Assembly (NCBI GenBank): GCA_965261595.1
Contig: CBDHDG010000005.1
Location: 992,001 to 1,056,000, forward strand
Direction: 5' to 3'
Length of the DNA: 64,000 bases
From: a bacterium
Lineage (GTDB): Bacteria > UBA8248 > JACPRG01 > G963555815
Position numbers and translations under genes: made by a program. Below are positions 22,360 to 33,564 of the stretch, one piece after another (positions within the stretch are counted from its first letter, which is position 1; each line of letters starts with the position of its first letter). A model generated the notes under the pieces. That model did no database searches and was not told the origin of the DNA. It saw only the letters and a list, made by a program, of their open reading frames with translations.

Positions 22360-23619
22360 TGGAGTTGACCCGGTTTGGTGGACACCTGATGATTTGGGGG
22401 TAAAGGAGGTGTTCACGATGCCACAGACTCACCCACGCTATCCAATGGAGTTCCGCTGCCAGATGGTAGAGTTGGTCCGGGCGGGACGCACGCCCGAGGC
22501 GCTGGCGCACGAGTTCGAGCCCTCGGCGCAGACGATCCGCACCTGGGCCCATCAAGCCGACGTTGACGAGGGGCGTCGCAAAGACGGGCTCACGAGCGAT
22601 GAGCGGGAGGAGTTGCGCCGACTTCGCCGCGAGAACCGACAGCTCCGCCAGGAGCGGGAGATCCTGGCAAAAGCCGCGGCCTGGTTTGCTCGGGAGACCG
22701 ATTCGATCCCGTCCGGATCTACGGGTTCGTGAGGGCGAACCAGGCCATGTATCGGACCGCCACCATGTGCCGGGTGCTGGGCGTCTCCTCCAGCGGCTAC
22801 TACGCGTGGCGCAGGCGCGCGCCGTGTGCCCGCTCGTGTGCCGATCGGGCGCTCACCAAACGCATTCAGGCGATCCACGAGCGTTCTCGGGGGACTTACG
22901 GCGTGCCGCGCGTCCATGCCGAGTTGGAGGCTGAGGGAGTGCGTGTGGGCCGCAAGCGCGTCGCCAGGCTGATGCGTGGGGCGGGACTTGCGGGCGTCAG
23001 TCGGCGCAAGGGAGCGCGCACGACGCAGCGCCGGCAGGAGGCGCGGCCGGCCCCTGATCTGGTGGACCGCAACTTCACGGCCGAGGCCCCCGACCGGCTG
23101 TGGGTGGCCGACATCACCTACGTTCCGACATGGGCGGGGTTTTTGTATCTGGCCGTGGCGCTCGATGCGTTCAGCCGGCGCATCGTGGGGTGGTCGATGG
23201 CCACACACCTGCGGGCCGAGTTGGTGCTCGACGCGCTCGACATGGCGCTGTATAAGCGCCGTCCCCGGGCCGTCATCCACCACTCCGACCAGGGCACGCA
23301 GTACACCTCGGTCGCCTTTGGGCAGCGCTGCCGGCAGGCGGGCGTGCGTCCCTCCATGGGTTCGGTCGGGGACTGCTACGACAACGCGCTGTGTGAGAGC
23401 TTTTTCGCCACGCTGGAGTGCGAGCTCCTCGCTCGCCACAGTTTCCGCACCCGGGCCGAGGCGCGCATGGAGGTGTTCGGGTTCATCGAGGGCTTCTACA
23501 ACCCGCATCGTCGGCACTCCTCCATCGACAACCTGTCACCCGTTAACTACGAAAGGAGACAACAACGCACACCCTGAAAACCCAAGTGCTTAACTCTCCA
23601 CGAAACCGGGGTAAGTCCA
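22360..23619 (+). mobile_element. IS3-family element; orfA 22418-22732, orfB 22729-23577, apparently intact
   Basis: IRs TGGAGTTGACCCGGTTTGGTGGAC / CTCCACGAAACCGGGGTAAGTCCA; AAAAG slippery motif; WVADITY, HHSDQG, NALCES; no TSD. Confidence 0.93.
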
Positions 23620-24611
23620 CTTTCGATCTATCCATGTCCAAAACAAAGAAACTCTCGATGCTATTTCTTTCGGACCTCGCGCGTTCAAAATCCCCGACCA
23701 AGAGGGCAGCATGGTGTTGGCTTTCAAGCCAATGATCGATTTCCCAAATCCGTACAACCGGCCAAGGATGGGTACGCACCGAGGCATTCCTCATAAGACC
23801 ATCGAATATATCCCAAAATGAAGCAATTGTTGCTCGTTCGCGATATGCCGTTCTAAACTCATTGGCCTGAGAGAGGGTTGCTGCTTTAAGAGCTTGAGGA
23901 TCAATATTTGGCGATCCGCCAGCTAGTTTAGCAAGTGCCGAAATGCTTGAATCCATGTTCTGACAGGAGAACACACCAAACCTATCCGCTGAAAGTTCAG
24001 CCCGTCGATACCAAAAATTGAGCGAAATTGGAGCAGAGTTGAGAACATTTTCCAACGACCGGAACTATAGAAATTAGGGTGGCAACGAGTTGATACTTTT
24101 CCGTCATGATGCGGTACCGAGTATGATCACATAGTAGATGACCAATCTCGTGACCGATAATGAATCGTAGTTCATCTTCGTTCATCAACTGAAGAAGACC
24201 GGATGTTACGACTATTGATGGATGATCAGCACCGAGTGTCCATGCATTCGGTAGAGGGTTGTTGTCAAAAAACAAGTTTGGCGGACTCACTTGCAACCGT
24301 TCGCACACGTCTTCAAAAATGCCGTATAGCTCCGGCATGAGATCCGAATTCACGCGCGTATTGTCAGCTAAGTTTTCCAGATAGAATTCCGTTTCCAGTT
24401 CGCCAATCGCCTTATCGAGCAATGCTCTAAGATGTTTTTGTGAGGCTAGCCGGTTTTCCAGGATGTGTTGGGCGTATTCATCTAGCGGATGTTGGATGGC
24501 ATCCTTGGGGTAGCGGCCAGAACTCAAAGGGAGATGGCCGGAGCCTTGGCTGAAATCGGAAAATTGCTTTTTGGGGTCACTGAGCCGATTCAACCATCCC
24601 TTTTTCTCCAT
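23620..24611 (-). pseudogene. M48 (HtpX-like) Zn metallopeptidase, frameshifted and C-terminally cut by IS3
   Basis: PNAWT, IIGHEIGH, then in a shifted frame RRAELSADR and THPW; extra base in the T-run at 24048-24051; low GC. Confidence 0.85.
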
Positions 24612-25123
24612 TACCTACACTCCCTTGTCTGAACCGACAATCCCCATATACTCGTTGGCCACACCTGTCGTCTGTAGCCAGGAAACCAAATTGCCACAGA
24701 GCGCTGGATCGTGCAAGGCCGAATTGGAACGTGGAGGGCCGAAACACTGGCGGGCAAGGAGTCACAGACTCAAGCGACGTCATGGGGTCAAGTCTTACAT
24801 CCTGACATTTCACAGATTTTCCGCGAGGTTTGGGAAAGATGAAAGAGATCAATAATTTCATTTTGACCGTATGGATGGGCCGCCCGCCATGCCCTTCCCT
24901 GTGCCGCGCATCGGGAGAATGGACTCGGCCCCGGACCCGTATATGGCCGCCGGGGAATTTTTGAATTTCAGTGGATTTCGTCTTGGTTTCGTTTAAATTC
25001 AAGAATAAAAACTGGATTTTGGAGCTGGGAGGATAATCCGTGAATGTCACGCTCAAGAACGTCGAAGCGCACCGGAGAGGCGCACAAAGGTCTGGGGTTT
25101 CATGTTGGAGACTCACGCCCGCC

Positions 25124-25228
25124 TACGGGCGGGTCCGTTCCCCCCAACGTGCAGGTCCGTCCCGCCGACGTGCAGGTCCGTCCCGCCGACGTGCGGGTCC
25201 GTCCCACCGACGGGTGGGTCCGCCCCCG
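25124..25228. repeat. Intergenic 21-bp tandem repeat, about 5 units
   Basis: ACGTGCAGGTCCGTCCCGCCG is exact twice (25147, 25168), with degenerate flanking units and no spacers. Confidence 0.85.
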
Positions 25229-25383
25229 AGGGCGTCAGCAAATAAAAAAGTACGATCCAAAGCCAAAGGCGGAATCCCAATAAAATCAATGGGTTTATAT
25301 TTTGGAAGGAAGAAAAATAGGGTTTTTCGCCTAGATCGCAGGGACCGTGAAAAATGAGCGGCCCATGCGTCGCGAATTGCAAG

Positions 25384-25429
25384 GCGAGATCCCTCGTCGG
25401 GACCTGAAGGTCCCTCTGTCGGGATGACA
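25384..25429. repeat. REP-like palindromic element
   Basis: GAGATCCCTCG...GGGACC-TGAA-GGTCCC...CGGGATGACA resembles a widespread ...GGGATGACA REP class. Confidence 0.4.
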
Positions 25430-25538
25430 TTGTGAGCTAACCTGGATTTCTCACCAACCATCCGACGCAAAGGGCGGTGAGCGGTCAATGACCAATAGCG
25501 GCTCCACCCATTCGCGAATGCGAGGAGGCCATTCGAAT

Positions 25539-26801
25539 CTAACCGCCCAGCCCGCTGAGCTTTCCGGCCATGGTCCGAAGATTCGTCAACATGTCGAAAA
25601 AGCCGGCGGAGGCCGCGCCGCGCCAGAACCGCCAAACGATCAGGGCAAGGAGCAGCAGGGCCCCGACCCACTCCAGAAAACTGATCAATCCGGAACCCGT
25701 GGCGTCCAATGTGGGAACGACGCGGAATCCCAAGGCGAGCGCGAGGTAGTCGAACAGAATCCCCCCGGCGATTGAAACGGCGACGATGGCCCCGAGGTAG
25801 ATGCCGACGAACCGCTTCCCGAATCGCTTGCTTAGCATGATGATGGTCGCGGTGTTGGTTGCGGGGCCGGTGAGCAGAAAGACCAGCGCCGCGCCGGGGC
25901 TGAGGCCCTTTGCCACCAACGCCGCGGCGATGGGGGTGCTGGCGGACGCGCACATATACAACGGCACCCCGGCGGCCAACATGACGACGTAGGGAAGAAC
26001 CCCTCCCCCCAGCCCGTATCGGGCCAGGTCGGCGGGCAGCGCCACCATGAGAATGCCGCCGAGCAGAACACCCACGACCAGCGAGAACAGGATGTCGTCC
26101 GCCATTTCGACAAACGCGTAACAGAAAATCCTTCTTCCAATCGCCGACAATCGCGGGACATCCTCCGGGAGGGGTTCAACCGGGGCAGGGGCCTCGCGTT
26201 CGATGACCGCGGGTTTGCACCAGGCGCTTAAAGGGCGCCGGCTCCGGAATCGCCTCCATTCCCTGACCGCGGCGATTCGAGCGGCGAGCAGGAAGCCGCC
26301 AAATGCGACAAAGTCCTCATCTACGTCATGATGATCTTGGCCGTCGTCGTCGTTTTCACCTTCTGTCGCCTCCTCGTCCCGGAGCATCCCGATGGCGAAA
26401 ATTCCACCGATGATGGCGGTGCAAAAGCTGATTACCGGCCGCATGACGGCCATGATCGGCCCCATCAGGGCCCAGGTGACGAGAATGGAATCGGTGCCGG
26501 TCTCGGGTGTGGTGATGAGGAAGGAAAGGGTGGCAGGGCGGCTGGCGCCCTTCTGCCGCAACGCGATGGCCACGGGGACTACGGCACAGCTACAGATGGG
26601 GAGGGGTACGCCGAACGCGGCCGAGGTGGTGACGCTCTTCAGGCCTGCCGCGCCCATCAACTTTTGAATGCGGCGGGCCGAAATGAAGACATGAAGGAGC
26701 CCCGCGATGAGAAGCCCGAGGAGGAACAACGGGGCCAGCAGAAGGAACATCTCCCACGTGCCGGTCAGGATCGAGCCGAGGGCGCTCAAAAGCTGATGCA
26801 T
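25539..26801 (-). CDS. DUF318/ArsP-type permease (SO_0444-like metal exporter)
   Basis: Two half-repeats, PICSCAVVP and YMCASASTP, with GAALVFLLTGPATN; multiple transmembrane segments. Confidence 0.85.
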   Translation of the reverse strand: MHQLLSALGSILTGTWEMFLLLAPLFLLGLLIAGLLHVFISARRIQKLMGAAGLKSVTTSAAFGVPLPICSCAVVPVAIALRQKGASRPATLSFLITTPETGTDSILVTWALMGPIMAVMRPVISFCTAIIGGIFAIGMLRDEEATEGENDDDGQDHHDVDEDFVAFGGFLLAARIAAVREWRRFRSRRPLSAWCKPAVIEREAPAPVEPLPEDVPRLSAIGRRIFCYAFVEMADDILFSLVVGVLLGGILMVALPADLARYGLGGGVLPYVVMLAAGVPLYMCASASTPIAAALVAKGLSPGAALVFLLTGPATNTATIIMLSKRFGKRFVGIYLGAIVAVSIAGGILFDYLALALGFRVVPTLDATGSGLISFLEWVGALLLLALIVWRFWRGAASAGFFDMLTNLRTMAGKLSGLGG

Positions 26802-27030
26802 AAACCTCGTATCCTAAACGGTCACGGTGATAAGAGCGATCGCATCAAGCCGGGATTCGCTCATGGACGCTTGATAAGGATACAACCTTTTTCCACCGGG
26901 GGTGTCAATCGCGGATCCAACCTGCACACCCTACATTCCTCTGTGTACAACTTCGGCTCGTCCGCCGGCTTGGGGGGGGGGGGAATGACCGTTTTGGAGA
27001 TCCGACCCTCCCCCTCCCCCCCCTCCGGCC

Positions 27031-27864
27031 TCATTTCCCCTGAAACTTCGGCGGCCGCTTTTCGGCGAAGGCGCGCAGGGCCTCGTTCCGGTCCTCGGTG
27101 GCCAGCGTGACGTTGTACGCCTCCTCCTCGATCTCCCAGCCCCGGGACGGCGGTTTCCCCAGGCCGCCGTCGATGGCCGCCTTGGCCTGTCGGAGCGAGA
27201 TGGGCGCGTTCGCGGTGATCGCCCGGGCGAGCGCCCAAGCGGCCTTTCCGGCCTCGCCTGCGGGGACGACCCGGTCCGTGACGCCCAGGCGCTCGGCCTC
27301 GCGCGTGTCGATCTTTCGGGACGTGAAGATGAGCTCCTTCGCCCGCCCAACCCCGATTCGCCGGGGGAGCGCCTGCGTCCCGCCGGCCCCCGGGATGATT
27401 CCCAGGCTTGTCTCCGTCAGACCGAAGACGGCCGTCTCGTCCGCGATGATGATGTCACACGCCAGCGCCAGCTCGAACCCGCCTCCCAGGGCGTAGCCGT
27501 GGACGGCCGCGATGAGCGGCTTCGGAAACTCGGTGATCTTCCGAACCATGGCGATCATCTCCTTTCGGAGCTTCGCCACGTCCGGCATGGCCAGGGCCTT
27601 GCGCTCCTTCAGGTCCGCCCCGGCGCAGAAGGCCCGGTCCCCCGCTCCTTCGAGACATGCCGCCCAGACGCCGTCGTCCCGGGACAACGCCTCCATCGCG
27701 GCATCCATCCGCCGGATGAGGTCCCAGTTGATGGTGTTCAGGGCCTCGGGCCGGTTCAGGAGAACGCGGGCGATGCGGTCCTCGACGGCGACCTCGATGA
27801 TGGACCCCTCACTGATGGGACCATCTCTGATGGGAGCGTCCGGCATGGCGGGGAGGTCCTCCAT
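27031..27864 (-). CDS. Enoyl-CoA hydratase/isomerase
   Basis: LNRPEALN, AFCAGADL, GYALGGGFELALACD, GIIPGAGG. Confidence 0.93.
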   Translation of the reverse strand: MEDLPAMPDAPIRDGPISEGSIIEVAVEDRIARVLLNRPEALNTINWDLIRRMDAAMEALSRDDGVWAACLEGAGDRAFCAGADLKERKALAMPDVAKLRKEMIAMVRKITEFPKPLIAAVHGYALGGGFELALACDIIIADETAVFGLTETSLGIIPGAGGTQALPRRIGVGRAKELIFTSRKIDTREAERLGVTDRVVPAGEAGKAAWALARAITANAPISLRQAKAAIDGGLGKPPSRGWEIEEEAYNVTLATEDRNEALRAFAEKRPPKFQGK

Positions 27865-27984
27865 GGAATAGCGCGTCCCGCGGAGACACAGGGTTCGCCG
27901 CGGTTATGGCCCGAATCCCGGCCCGTGGATTATATATAGGCCAGGAGAATTTCCCCCGACCCATCAAATCGCGAGAGGTCCGAG

Positions 27985-28350
27985 ATGAGCATCGACCGAT
28001 ACGTCTATCACGAAGAGGATGCGCCCACGTACACGCCCGCCGGCCACGATGGGACCGTCAACCGGCGGCTGATCGGAGAGGCGGAAAACTTCCACCTGGT
28101 TCTCGGGACGCTGGAGAAGGGGGCGGTGGCCCACCGTCATTCCCATTCCGACCTGGAGCAGGGGATGTATGTCTTGGAGGGCCGGGCGCGGATCGAGATC
28201 GACGGGGAGGCGAAGGAAGTCGGGGAAGGGGGCGTGATCTTCTTCCCGGTGGGTGTGCCGCACAGGATCGAGGCCCTGGGCGATCCCGTCACGCGGTTCC
28301 TGATCGTCTATTCCCCGCCCCTCAAAGCGCATCCGGACCCGACACCCTAG
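27985..28350 (+). CDS. Cupin domain protein
   Basis: HSHxxxEQGMYVLEG and GVPH metal-binding motifs. Confidence 0.88.
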   Translation: MSIDRYVYHEEDAPTYTPAGHDGTVNRRLIGEAENFHLVLGTLEKGAVAHRHSHSDLEQGMYVLEGRARIEIDGEAKEVGEGGVIFFPVGVPHRIEALGDPVTRFLIVYSPPLKAHPDPTP

Positions 28351-28573
28351 CCTCGCGTCTCCAAAATAAATGGACACTTCACAAATTGTAGAGAAGGCGG
28401 CCAAGGGGTCAACCGACCCAAATGCCCGCCCTACCTGTTTTGAAAACACCGCCTTTCCACCGTTCCGGAAGGCCGGGCATTTGGGTCGGTTGACCCCTTG
28501 GCCGGCCGGAAAGGGACAATTCGGGTCTCGATATTTAAAACCATTTACGAGACAATAGCCTCGGGGTCGCCCC

Positions 28574-29524
28574 TCATCCCCCGGCGCTTCCGTCCGCCGT
28601 GAACAGCTTCCGAATGAACGAGTCCAGCCGCTGGAAATACGCTTCCCCTCCGGCGGCGTAGGTGTCGTTGTGTCCCGCCCCTCGGATGACGTAAAACGCC
28701 TTCGGGTCGTTGGCGGCTTCGAACAGGGCCTTCCCCATGGAGAACGGCACAATGCCGTCGCGATCTCCGTGGAGGACCAAAAGCGGCAAGCGGATCTTTT
28801 TGATCTTCGACAGGCTGTCGTACTTGGTCTTGAGGACCCTTCCGATGGGGATCAGGTAGAGTTTTTTCGCCATCGCCCCCACCGAGGTGAACGGGGATTC
28901 CAGGATGATTCCCGCAGGTGGACGGCGCAGGGCCTCCTCCAGGGCGACCGAGGCCCCGAGGGACCTGCCGAAGTGAACCAGCCGATCCCCGTCCACGTCC
29001 TTGCGGGACAGCAGATACCGGACCGCCCCCTCGGCGTCGCGGTAGGTCCCTTCCTCCGAAGGCGTCCCTTCGCTCCGGCCGTATCCCCGATAGTCGAAGA
29101 TGAAGACGTTCGCCGCGACTTTCTGATGAAGAAGGGCGATGTTCTCCACCCTGTGGCTGAGATTTCCGCCGTTTCCGTGGAACCAGGTGAGGGTGGGCGC
29201 CCTGCGCGCCGCCGTCCCGCCCGCGCGGGCGGGGACGAACCAGCCGTGCAGCTTGACGCCGTCCGGGGCCTTGAAGCGAACGTCCTCGAACGCCACCCCC
29301 CGGTCGCCGGGCGTCAGAAAAATCTCGCGCGCGGGGTGGTAGATGAAGAACCGTTCGATCCGCTCGCGACAACTGCCCAGAATCAAAAGGAGAACAACCG
29401 CGTAAACCGAGAGGCGGACGGCCGGGTTGCGCAATGAGAAGCGCTTCGCCCCTTTGGGGCGTTCACCGACGTTCCGCGCGGGGGGGGGGGTGCGGTCAAC
29501 GGGTTTTCGGGAAGGGTTTTCCAT
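28574..29524 (-). CDS. Membrane-anchored alpha/beta hydrolase (ABHD17/Bem46-like); start uncertain
   Basis: FHGNGGN, DYRGYGRSEG, GRSLG, HGDRD, AGHND. Confidence 0.88.
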   Translation of the reverse strand: MENPSRKPVDRTPPPARNVGERPKGAKRFSLRNPAVRLSVYAVVLLLILGSCRERIERFFIYHPAREIFLTPGDRGVAFEDVRFKAPDGVKLHGWFVPARAGGTAARRAPTLTWFHGNGGNLSHRVENIALLHQKVAANVFIFDYRGYGRSEGTPSEEGTYRDAEGAVRYLLSRKDVDGDRLVHFGRSLGASVALEEALRRPPAGIILESPFTSVGAMAKKLYLIPIGRVLKTKYDSLSKIKKIRLPLLVLHGDRDGIVPFSMGKALFEAANDPKAFYVIRGAGHNDTYAAGGEAYFQRLDSFIRKLFTADGSAGG

Positions 29525-29890
29525 CCTCTCGATCCGCGCCTCCGTCGTCCCATGGTCTACAGGATATCCCACATCGTCCGAGAAGGGATGTGCGGAGCGC
29601 CCTCCGATTCGGAGCGGGGACGACCCCTCCCGCCGCGCATCTTTGATCCATCTTGCCGGCCCGGAAACCTGACGCTCCCTTTCCTGCAAAGCAGTTTAGC
29701 AGGTTGTCGGAAAACCCCCAAATCGGGCGGCCCCCGCGGTCCCCGCAACGAATTTCCAGATCGCCCCATCAAGTTGTGGGGGACCTCTTGCGGGCTCCGT
29801 GTGTCACGGGGCGAAAATTGCATTCCGATCGCGGTCGTCTTATTCTGCTGGAGATTGGATTGAGAACCCATCGGTGCGAGGGACGAAAGG

Positions 29891-30456
29891 GTGTCGCGAC
29901 TGACCGTCCGAAGGGTCATCTCGACGGACCCCGAGACGCTCTGGAAGCGGGTGGAGGGCGGCTCGTTCGCCGGCCGTTGGATTGCGCCGGGGGGGGGGAG
30001 GAGGAGGCCGGAGAGGGCGCGGGTTCGAGCCCGGGGGCGGAAGAGGCCGCATGGCGCGAATCGTTGCGCGTCGGCCCGTTTTCCTTCAAGGTCGCGGCGA
30101 CCTGGGCCGAGCGGGTTCCTTGGGAACGGAGCTTCTGCCTCCTCGATGGGCCTTTGGGCATCCGGATTGCGGAGGAAATGAGGCTGGAGCGGCTCGCGGC
30201 CGGGACGGCGCTCTCCCTGACGGTGGATTTCGCTCTGGGGAGCGGAGGGATCAGGGAGTGGTTGGACCGGGTCTGCCTGTCGGGTTGGGTTTTGAGACGC
30301 CTGGAGCGCGGGATCGCGAAGCTCGAAGAGGAGTACAGACGACCCGAGGATGAGAAGGACCCGGATCTGGGTGTTTATCTGGAGCGCCCCGAGGACCGGC
30401 CCTGGGGACTGGACCAGACGGCTCCGGCGCGGCCGAAGTCGTCCCGGCCGGGATGA
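29891..30456 (+). CDS. SRPBCC/polyketide-cyclase-like protein split at a G10 tract
   Basis: N-terminus MSRLTVRRVISTDPETLW continues in another frame after G10 (29989-29998) to TALSLTVDF...LRRLERGIAKL. Confidence 0.55.
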
Positions 30457-30490
30457 TTCAACGGATGAGTTGGCGCAAGGGATTGAATGA

Positions 30491-31216
30491 GTGAACAACG
30501 GCATCGAACACGATCGCATCCTTGTGATTGCGGCCCATCCGGACGACATCGACTTCACCATCGCCGGGTCGGTCGCCTTGTGTGCGAGGGCCGGAAAAAC
30601 CGTCGGTTATTGCATCGCGACAAGCGGGGACAAGGGTTTCGACGAAGACCTCCCGGTGGAAGAGCGGATGAGGATCCGGGAGGAGGAGCAGCGGGCCGCG
30701 GCCGCGGTGGTCGGCGTCGAGGAAGTGCACTTCCTCCGCGAGCCCGACGGCGAGTTGCGGAACACGCCCGGGCTGCGGCGGGCGATCGTGGCCGTCATCC
30801 GGAAATTTAAACCCGACGCGGTCGTTGTCACCGGAGACCCCGGCTCGACGGAATTCGAAAGCTTCTACAGGTCCCATCCCGATCATCGGGCCCTCTCCGA
30901 GGCGGCATACGATTCGGTCTATCCGGCGGTCGGGAACCGATTCTACTTCCCCGACTTGCTGGAGTTGGGCCTTGATCCACACAAAATCAAAGAAGTCCTT
31001 TTCTCCGGCTCTTCCAAGCCCGATTATTTTGTGGACATCGGCGAAACCTTCGACCTCAAAATAAAGGCGCTTCGCTGCCACAAGAGCCAGGTTTCGGGGA
31101 TGGACAACCTGGAAGATCGGATGCGGGATTGGGACCGCAGGACAGGGGAGCCCGAGGGCATGGCCATCGCCGAGTCCTTCCGGCGGATGGAACATCCCGA
31201 CGGCGGCGGGAAGTGA
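30491..31216 (+). CDS. PIG-L family deacetylase
   Basis: AHPDD, SGDKG, RxxE, HPDH, KIKALRCHKSQ. Confidence 0.92.
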   Translation: MNNGIEHDRILVIAAHPDDIDFTIAGSVALCARAGKTVGYCIATSGDKGFDEDLPVEERMRIREEEQRAAAAVVGVEEVHFLREPDGELRNTPGLRRAIVAVIRKFKPDAVVVTGDPGSTEFESFYRSHPDHRALSEAAYDSVYPAVGNRFYFPDLLELGLDPHKIKEVLFSGSSKPDYFVDIGETFDLKIKALRCHKSQVSGMDNLEDRMRDWDRRTGEPEGMAIAESFRRMEHPDGGGK

Positions 31217-31250
31217 TCGCGCCCCCCTGGATCGTTCGGAGAAAGGCCCG

Positions 31251-31937
31251 ATGACCGGTGACGCCCTGGGCGCGACGCTCTTTCCGGACTATCCGAAGAT
31301 TCCCGGCTGGTACGCCCGGGAGGTCGAAGGCCTCACCGACGCCCAACTCGATTTCACCGATGAACGGGTGGAGTGGATGAAGTGGGGCGTTCGCCGGCAG
31401 TTGAGCCACGCGGCGTTCGTCCATTTCCACTGGCTGGTCAACCAGTGGGCCTCGCGGGTGTTCGGCCCGGACGATGAGATGCCGGACTTCGACGCCGAGG
31501 CCTGCGCGCGGCGGGACCGCCGGTTCGACGAAGAAACCCACCGGACCCCGGACCGCCTTCTGTTTCGGATGGAACAGGGGGTGAACCTGGTGAAGCTCAT
31601 CCTGGGCCGGGAAACCATCCGGGAGATGCGTGGCAAGGAATTGGACCGGGTGGCGCCGCCGGGGGCGCGCTATCCCTCTGGCGATTCGGTCCTTGATTTC
31701 TGGCGGGTCGCCGAGCGGATCAACCCCGATATCCGGGTGGACCCGAAAAACGAGAACCGATACCTGATCAATCTTGTCGGAATGATGAGGCAGATGTATT
31801 TCGAGTGCCTGATTCACCTCTACACCATTCAGCGGTTGAAACGGGCGCAGGGACTGGAAGCCGTGGCCGAGATCCCGAGGGAGGGGTACATGCTTCTTTC
31901 GGCCTTTACCGGGGCGGCGGAAGACGCGGCGGGGTGA
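31251..31937 (+). CDS. DinB/YfiT-like protein
   Basis: WGVRRQLSH and ExxxH helix pattern. Confidence 0.6.
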   Translation: MTGDALGATLFPDYPKIPGWYAREVEGLTDAQLDFTDERVEWMKWGVRRQLSHAAFVHFHWLVNQWASRVFGPDDEMPDFDAEACARRDRRFDEETHRTPDRLLFRMEQGVNLVKLILGRETIREMRGKELDRVAPPGARYPSGDSVLDFWRVAERINPDIRVDPKNENRYLINLVGMMRQMYFECLIHLYTIQRLKRAQGLEAVAEIPREGYMLLSAFTGAAEDAAG

Positions 31938-31959
31938 ATCAGTGGCGGGAGGTTGAGCG

Positions 31960-32499
31960 ATGAAAGTGAGACGACATATCGGGCGCTGGGCCGGCGTGCT
32001 GGGAATCCTTGCGGGGGTCTGGTCCTGCGCGCCTCCTCCTCCTCCTCATTCGAAACCTCCCTCCGAGATTGCCAATCTGCTCTCGCGCCTGCCGGACGCC
32101 CGGTATCGCGCCTCGTTGGTTTGCGCGCGCGCGGGCGGCGCGTCGCATCCCCTGGCCGTCTTCCTCGATCCCCGGGGCGGAGAGAAGCTGTCCGTCCTTG
32201 AGTTGTCGGCGATGGAGTTCTTCACCGAAGACCTGGGCGAGCTCGGCCGGAAGGACCTGATCGCCCGGCTCGATGGAATCGAGGGCCGGCGGTTCGGGGG
32301 ACAGACGCTTCGATACCTGGAGCGTTTCTCCAAGTGGCGGCTGAGGACCCTCATGCGGTTCGGGGCGCCCATCGGATACCTCATCACCGTAGACCCTCGC
32401 CTGCGGTTCGAGCTCCGCGGCGGGACCTCGGGACGGGTCTTCTCGGTGTTTCTGCTTCCCGCCTCGAACTTCGTGGACAAGATCAGGGGGGAGGAGTAG
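31960..32499 (+). CDS. Hypothetical lipoprotein
   Basis: Signal peptide with VWSC lipobox; GGAGG RBS. Confidence 0.65.
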   Translation: MKVRRHIGRWAGVLGILAGVWSCAPPPPPHSKPPSEIANLLSRLPDARYRASLVCARAGGASHPLAVFLDPRGGEKLSVLELSAMEFFTEDLGELGRKDLIARLDGIEGRRFGGQTLRYLERFSKWRLRTLMRFGAPIGYLITVDPRLRFELRGGTSGRVFSVFLLPASNFVDKIRGEE

Positions 32500-32556
32500 C
32501 CCTCCAATCCCGATTTCCAGTGGGGCCGTGGGCAACCCTGATACCAGTGGCGGGAG

Positions 32557-33564
32557 GTGACAATGGAAATCGGCATCGGCGGGTTTCCCCAGGAGGCGTT
32601 CAGCTGGACGCGGGCGTTGCTCGAAGTTTGCGAGAGAGTCGAGGGTTACGGTTTCGACCGGCTTTGGATGGCCGATTCCCAGGGGATCTGGCCCGACCCT
32701 TACACCCTGTTGGGCCGGCTCGCCGGAACGACCTCCGGCATCGGACTGGGCGTCGGCGTCAGCAACCCGAGGACGCGCCACCCGGCGGTTCTCGCGCGCT
32801 CGGCCGTGACGGTCGCCGACCTGGCCGGGGAGCGGTTTGTCCTCGGGATTGGCGCGGGGAACACCGCCTTGCTCCACCTGGGCCTTCCGCCGGGGGGCGT
32901 CGAGCTTTGCGGAGAAGTCGTCCGGTGCGCGCGCGCCTTGATTCGGGGCGAAGCCGGGACGTTCCACGGCGCGGCGGTCCCGGCGTTCAACGAATACCAG
33001 CCCCTCGACATCCCGGTCTGGATGGCCGGAAACGGCCCGAAGATGCTCGCCCTGGCCGGAGAGGTCGCCGACGGGGCCATCGTCAGCTCGGGGATCTCGC
33101 CGGAGATCTTCGCCTGGGTCCGCGCTCAAATCGAGGTGGGGCTGAAGAGGAGCGGGCGAAGCTGGAGCGGCTTCACGCTCCTGGCCTTTGTCGGCTGCGC
33201 GCTCTCGGACGACCGCCCCGGGACCCGGCGCGACATCCGGTCTTGGGTCGCCCGCCGCCTGTCCATGCCGCTGCCCGAGGAGGTCTTCGGCATCCCCAAG
33301 GCCGACCGCCTGCGCGCGCTCGAGAGCTACCAGTACACGCAGCATTACCGGGTGGGCGCCTCGCATGAAGGGGTGGTGGAATCCATCCCCGACGAGTGGA
33401 TCGACCGGTTCGGCATCGCCGGAACGCCGGAAGAGTGCGCCGAGCGGTTCTCTTCCCTGGCGGCCCTCGGCGCGGACGCCGTCTTCATCCTCCCCATCAC
33501 GGGCGATTCGCACGCGTATCTGAAAACCTTCGCCGAGGAGGTCCTGCCTCACGTGAAACGGTGA
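32557..33564 (+). CDS. LLM-class flavin/F420-dependent oxidoreductase (Mer-like)
   Basis: GFDRLWMADSQ, GVSNPRTRHP, GPKMLALAGEVADG, IAGTPEEC. Confidence 0.9.
   Translation: MTMEIGIGGFPQEAFSWTRALLEVCERVEGYGFDRLWMADSQGIWPDPYTLLGRLAGTTSGIGLGVGVSNPRTRHPAVLARSAVTVADLAGERFVLGIGAGNTALLHLGLPPGGVELCGEVVRCARALIRGEAGTFHGAAVPAFNEYQPLDIPVWMAGNGPKMLALAGEVADGAIVSSGISPEIFAWVRAQIEVGLKRSGRSWSGFTLLAFVGCALSDDRPGTRRDIRSWVARRLSMPLPEEVFGIPKADRLRALESYQYTQHYRVGASHEGVVESIPDEWIDRFGIAGTPEECAERFSSLAALGADAVFILPITGDSHAYLKTFAEEVLPHVKR

Noticed and set aside
21236..22555. 439-aa integrase as called by the ORF track
   Set aside because: The first ~90 residues read through the antisense IS3 and upstream DNA; the real gene starts near 22285.
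25124..25228. Possible CRISPR array
   Set aside because: Units are directly tandem with no unique spacers, and no cas genes are present.
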